The position numbers and the translations under genes were made by a program. DNA of 64,000 bases from positions 832,001-896,000 of the forward strand of contig CAWEEQ010000004.1 in NCBI GenBank assembly GCA_963808235.1, written 5' to 3'. Shown piece by piece: positions 61,798 to 64,000 of the stretch. The DNA comes from an uncultured delta proteobacterium. GTDB taxonomy: Bacteria > Desulfobacterota > Binatia > Binatales > Binataceae. The notes below the pieces were generated by a model. That model had not been told where the DNA came from and ran no database searches. It saw only the letters and a list, made by a program, of their open reading frames with translations. Position 1 is the first letter of the stretch; every line of letters begins with the position of its first letter.

Positions 61798-61846
61798 GTT
61801 CGAAAATTTGAACGCGCAAAACAGACCTGCGTACAAACTCTTGAAC
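61798..61846. promoter_or_regulatory. Paired upstream activator sites for a bacterial enhancer-binding protein
   Basis: GTTCGAAAATTTGAAC (61798-61813) and GTACAAACTCTTGAAC (61831-61846), 33 bp apart. Confidence 0.6.
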
Positions 61847-61955
61847 GAAATGATCTGGAACTCGTCAAATTGGCGCGATAATTAACGAATTTTAATCTTG
61901 GATGGCGGCATCGCGTTTGCTCATAAGCCCATCTCCAGCGAACGCCAAGTAAATA

Positions 61956-63308
61956 ATGACCGAACCTAAGCCGAGCAAAGATCTCTGGGCACTTAGTTCC
62001 CTCGCCGCCACGATGGGCGATGCCGCAGCCGATTTCGCCGCCGACGACCAGTTATCTTTTCGGCGGCAGGAATTTGTCTTCGCCGCGCTCAATCTCCTGC
62101 TGATTGGTTCTCTTTTTGCGCTGCAGGCGATCTCGAGGTTGGGCCGGGGCAAGCCTTCCGCATCGGTCATCATAGTCCTTGCGGCCGGCTTTATAATTGA
62201 GGCGGCACACGTCATCTGGCTTCGAGCGAAGAGCGCGCCGCTTTCTCGCCCGCTACAGCGAATCCTCACCTACTGGTCTCTCATCTTCAACTCGACGCTG
62301 GCGCTGGTGCTCACTTCTCTGACGATCGGGGGAGACACCGCTTACTACGCCCTCATGCTTCTTCCGATACTCGAAGCCTCTTTCAGGCTCGGTCTCGGCG
62401 CCATGATCGGGGTGACCGCGCTATCGGTCTTCATCTGCTTTCTGGGCGCTTACGGCTTGAAATTCGGCGAGTATATCGAAGCGGGCGCGATGTCGGTCAT
62501 TTACTGCGTGATGGGAGTGCTGGTGTGGCTACTGGTCAATAATCTTCGTGCGAGAGAGACCAGCTTTGCACGCTGCATTCAGGAACTCGAGCGCACCCGC
62601 CTGCAATTGCTCTCCGAAGAGAAACTTGCTGCGATCGGCCGATTGTCCAGGGCGATTGCGCACGAGATCCGAAATCCCGTCGCGATGATTTCCAGCTCCC
62701 TGGCTACCGCCAACCGCCCGGATCAGGACGAAACAGAACGAGAGGAAATGTTCTCGATCGCGGCGAAAGAAGCCCAGCGTCTCGAACGGCTCACCACCGA
62801 CTTCCTGGTCTACGCGCGCCCGCGCCCGGTGCAGGTTGCGCGAGCAAACCTCGCCGACACCTTGAACTACGTCGCTACTGTGGCCCGCGCCCACGCTGCC
62901 AATGAAGGCGTAGCGATCGATGTCGCTGTCGACGCCAACCTTGAAGGCGAGTTCGATGCGACCCAGATGCATCAGGCGCTCTTGAACCTGGTGCTGAACG
63001 CGATCGATGCATGCCATCGCGGCGATTTGGTTAAACTCAACGCGCATCTGGACGGGAACGGGACGATCCAAATCGACGTGGTCGATCCGGCTGGTCCGAT
63101 CCCCGATGAAATAGTGGCGCGCATTTTCGAGCCACTGTTTACTACCAAGCAGGGCGGCAGCGGACTTGGACTTGCGATCGCGCGCAATATCGTGCGCGCA
63201 CACGGCAGCGATATCATTCTGAGAGACAACGAACCGCAGCGAGTGTGCTTTTCCATCGAGATATCGGCGCACTCACCGAACCAATCCTCTCACAGCAAAG
63301 GGGCCTGA
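61956..63308 (+). CDS. Multi-TM sensor histidine kinase
   Basis: About 6 TM helices; EKLAAIG...[34 protein letters not shown]. Confidence 0.95.
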   Translation: MTEPKPSKDLWALSSLAATMGDAAADFAADDQLSFRRQEFVFAALNLLLIGSLFALQAISRLGRGKPSASVIIVLAAGFIIEAAHVIWLRAKSAPLSRPLQRILTYWSLIFNSTLALVLTSLTIGGDTAYYALMLLPILEASFRLGLGAMIGVTALSVFICFLGAYGLKFGEYIEAGAMSVIYCVMGVLVWLLVNNLRARETSFARCIQELERTRLQLLSEEKLAAIGRLSRAIAHEIRNPVAMISSSLATANRPDQDETEREEMFSIAAKEAQRLERLTTDFLVYARPRPVQVARANLADTLNYVATVARAHAANEGVAIDVAVDANLEGEFDATQMHQALLNLVLNAIDACHRGDLVKLNAHLDGNGTIQIDVVDPAGPIPDEIVARIFEPLFTTKQGGSGLGLAIARNIVRAHGSDIILRDNEPQRVCFSIEISAHSPNQSSHSKGA

Positions 63309-63310
63309 CC

Positions 63311-64000
63311 ATGTGCAAGATACTCGTTGTGGATGACGAACCGCATTTGCGGCGAATATTGAGCTCCAACCTCAAGCAGGAGCATCACGAGGTAATCGAA
63401 GCTGCCGGTGTCAACGAAGCGCGCGGCGCACTTGCCGAATATACCTTCGACGCCATCATAACGGACCAGAAAATGAGCGACGGAGAAGGATTGGACGTTC
63501 TGGCTGCGGCTCGCGAGGCCGACCCGACCCTGTCGGTCGTTTTTCTGACCGCGTTCGCGACAATTGAACTCGCGGTGGAAAGCATGCGCCGCGGCGCATT
63601 TGATTTCATCACCAAGCCCTTCGTTCCTGAAGTATTGCTGGCATCGGCCACGCGCGCGATGGAGCACACGCGACTGGTGCGTGAGAACAGCAGGCTTCGC
63701 GACACCGTGGTCCGCCTTGAAGGCTCGTCGGAGATCGCAGGGCGCAGTGCGCCGATCCGTCAACTTCGGGAAAAAATTGCGCGCGTTGCACCAACCAACG
63801 CCACCGTCCTGGTCACTGGAGAAACCGGAACCGGCAAGGAGCTGGTCGCTCGCGCAATTCATCGCAACAGCCTGCGTGCAGAAAAGACGCTCATCGCAAT
63901 CAATTGTGCGGCGTTTACCGAAACCCTTCTGGAAAGCGAGCTGTTCGGACACGAGCGGGGCGCATTCACCGGCGCAGATCGCGCGCGCGAGGGAGTTTTC
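63311..64000 (+). CDS. Sigma-54-dependent response regulator (NtrC/AtoC family), 3'-truncated
   Basis: ATG 63311; ILVVDDE receiver, [40 protein letters not shown]. Confidence 0.95.
   Translation, partial: MCKILVVDDEPHLRRILSSNLKQEHHEVIEAAGVNEARGALAEYTFDAIITDQKMSDGEGLDVLAAAREADPTLSVVFLTAFATIELAVESMRRGAFDFITKPFVPEVLLASATRAMEHTRLVRENSRLRDTVVRLEGSSEIAGRSAPIRQLREKIARVAPTNATVLVTGETGTGKELVARAIHRNSLRAEKTLIAINCAAFTETLLESELFGHERGAFTGADRAREGVF

Overview
GC-rich bacterial chromosomal segment with about 55 CDS, 2 tRNAs and no rRNA, CRISPR array, integrase or transposase. The Thr/Ala-linker surface proteins with choice-of-anchor D tails and the F420-type LLM enzyme suggest an uncultured soil lineage such as Ca. 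Binatota (inference only). Left to right: (i) membrane protein / winged-helix regulator / UppS paralogue / ferritin-like unit; (ii) a surface-glycan-type locus with three domain-shuffled secreted proteins, two divergent metallo-beta-lactamase-fold paralogues, a GT2 and a ceramidase-like amidohydrolase; (iii) modABC, msrA, a membrane-SGNH fusion, GST and an FAH/VOC/flavin monooxygenase group; (iv) phosphoesterase, REP-like repeats, nadE; (v) a tandem pair of large propeller-(TAT)n-anchor surface proteins; (vi) LLM oxidoreductase, OmpA, patatin, tRNA-Leu, DsbA; (vii) the best candidate for an undescribed system, a three-gene operon encoding an SCP2-like protein, a ferritin-like diiron protein with all six metal ligands and a full-length paralogue that has lost all six, i.e. 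an alpha/beta diiron-oxygenase-like architecture; (viii) ABC exporter, NCS2 permease, polyphosphate glucokinase, tRNA-Ser; (ix) an island-like operon (acyl-ACP-desaturase-like, methyltransferase, DUF2306, FAD enzyme, ABC-2 exporter, cytochrome c lipoprotein, YceI) with a sigma-54 promoter and a divergent membrane kinase / NtrC-type regulator. Several genes carry single-base frameshifts that look like long-read consensus errors. All family assignments come from motif recognition by eye, not database searches.
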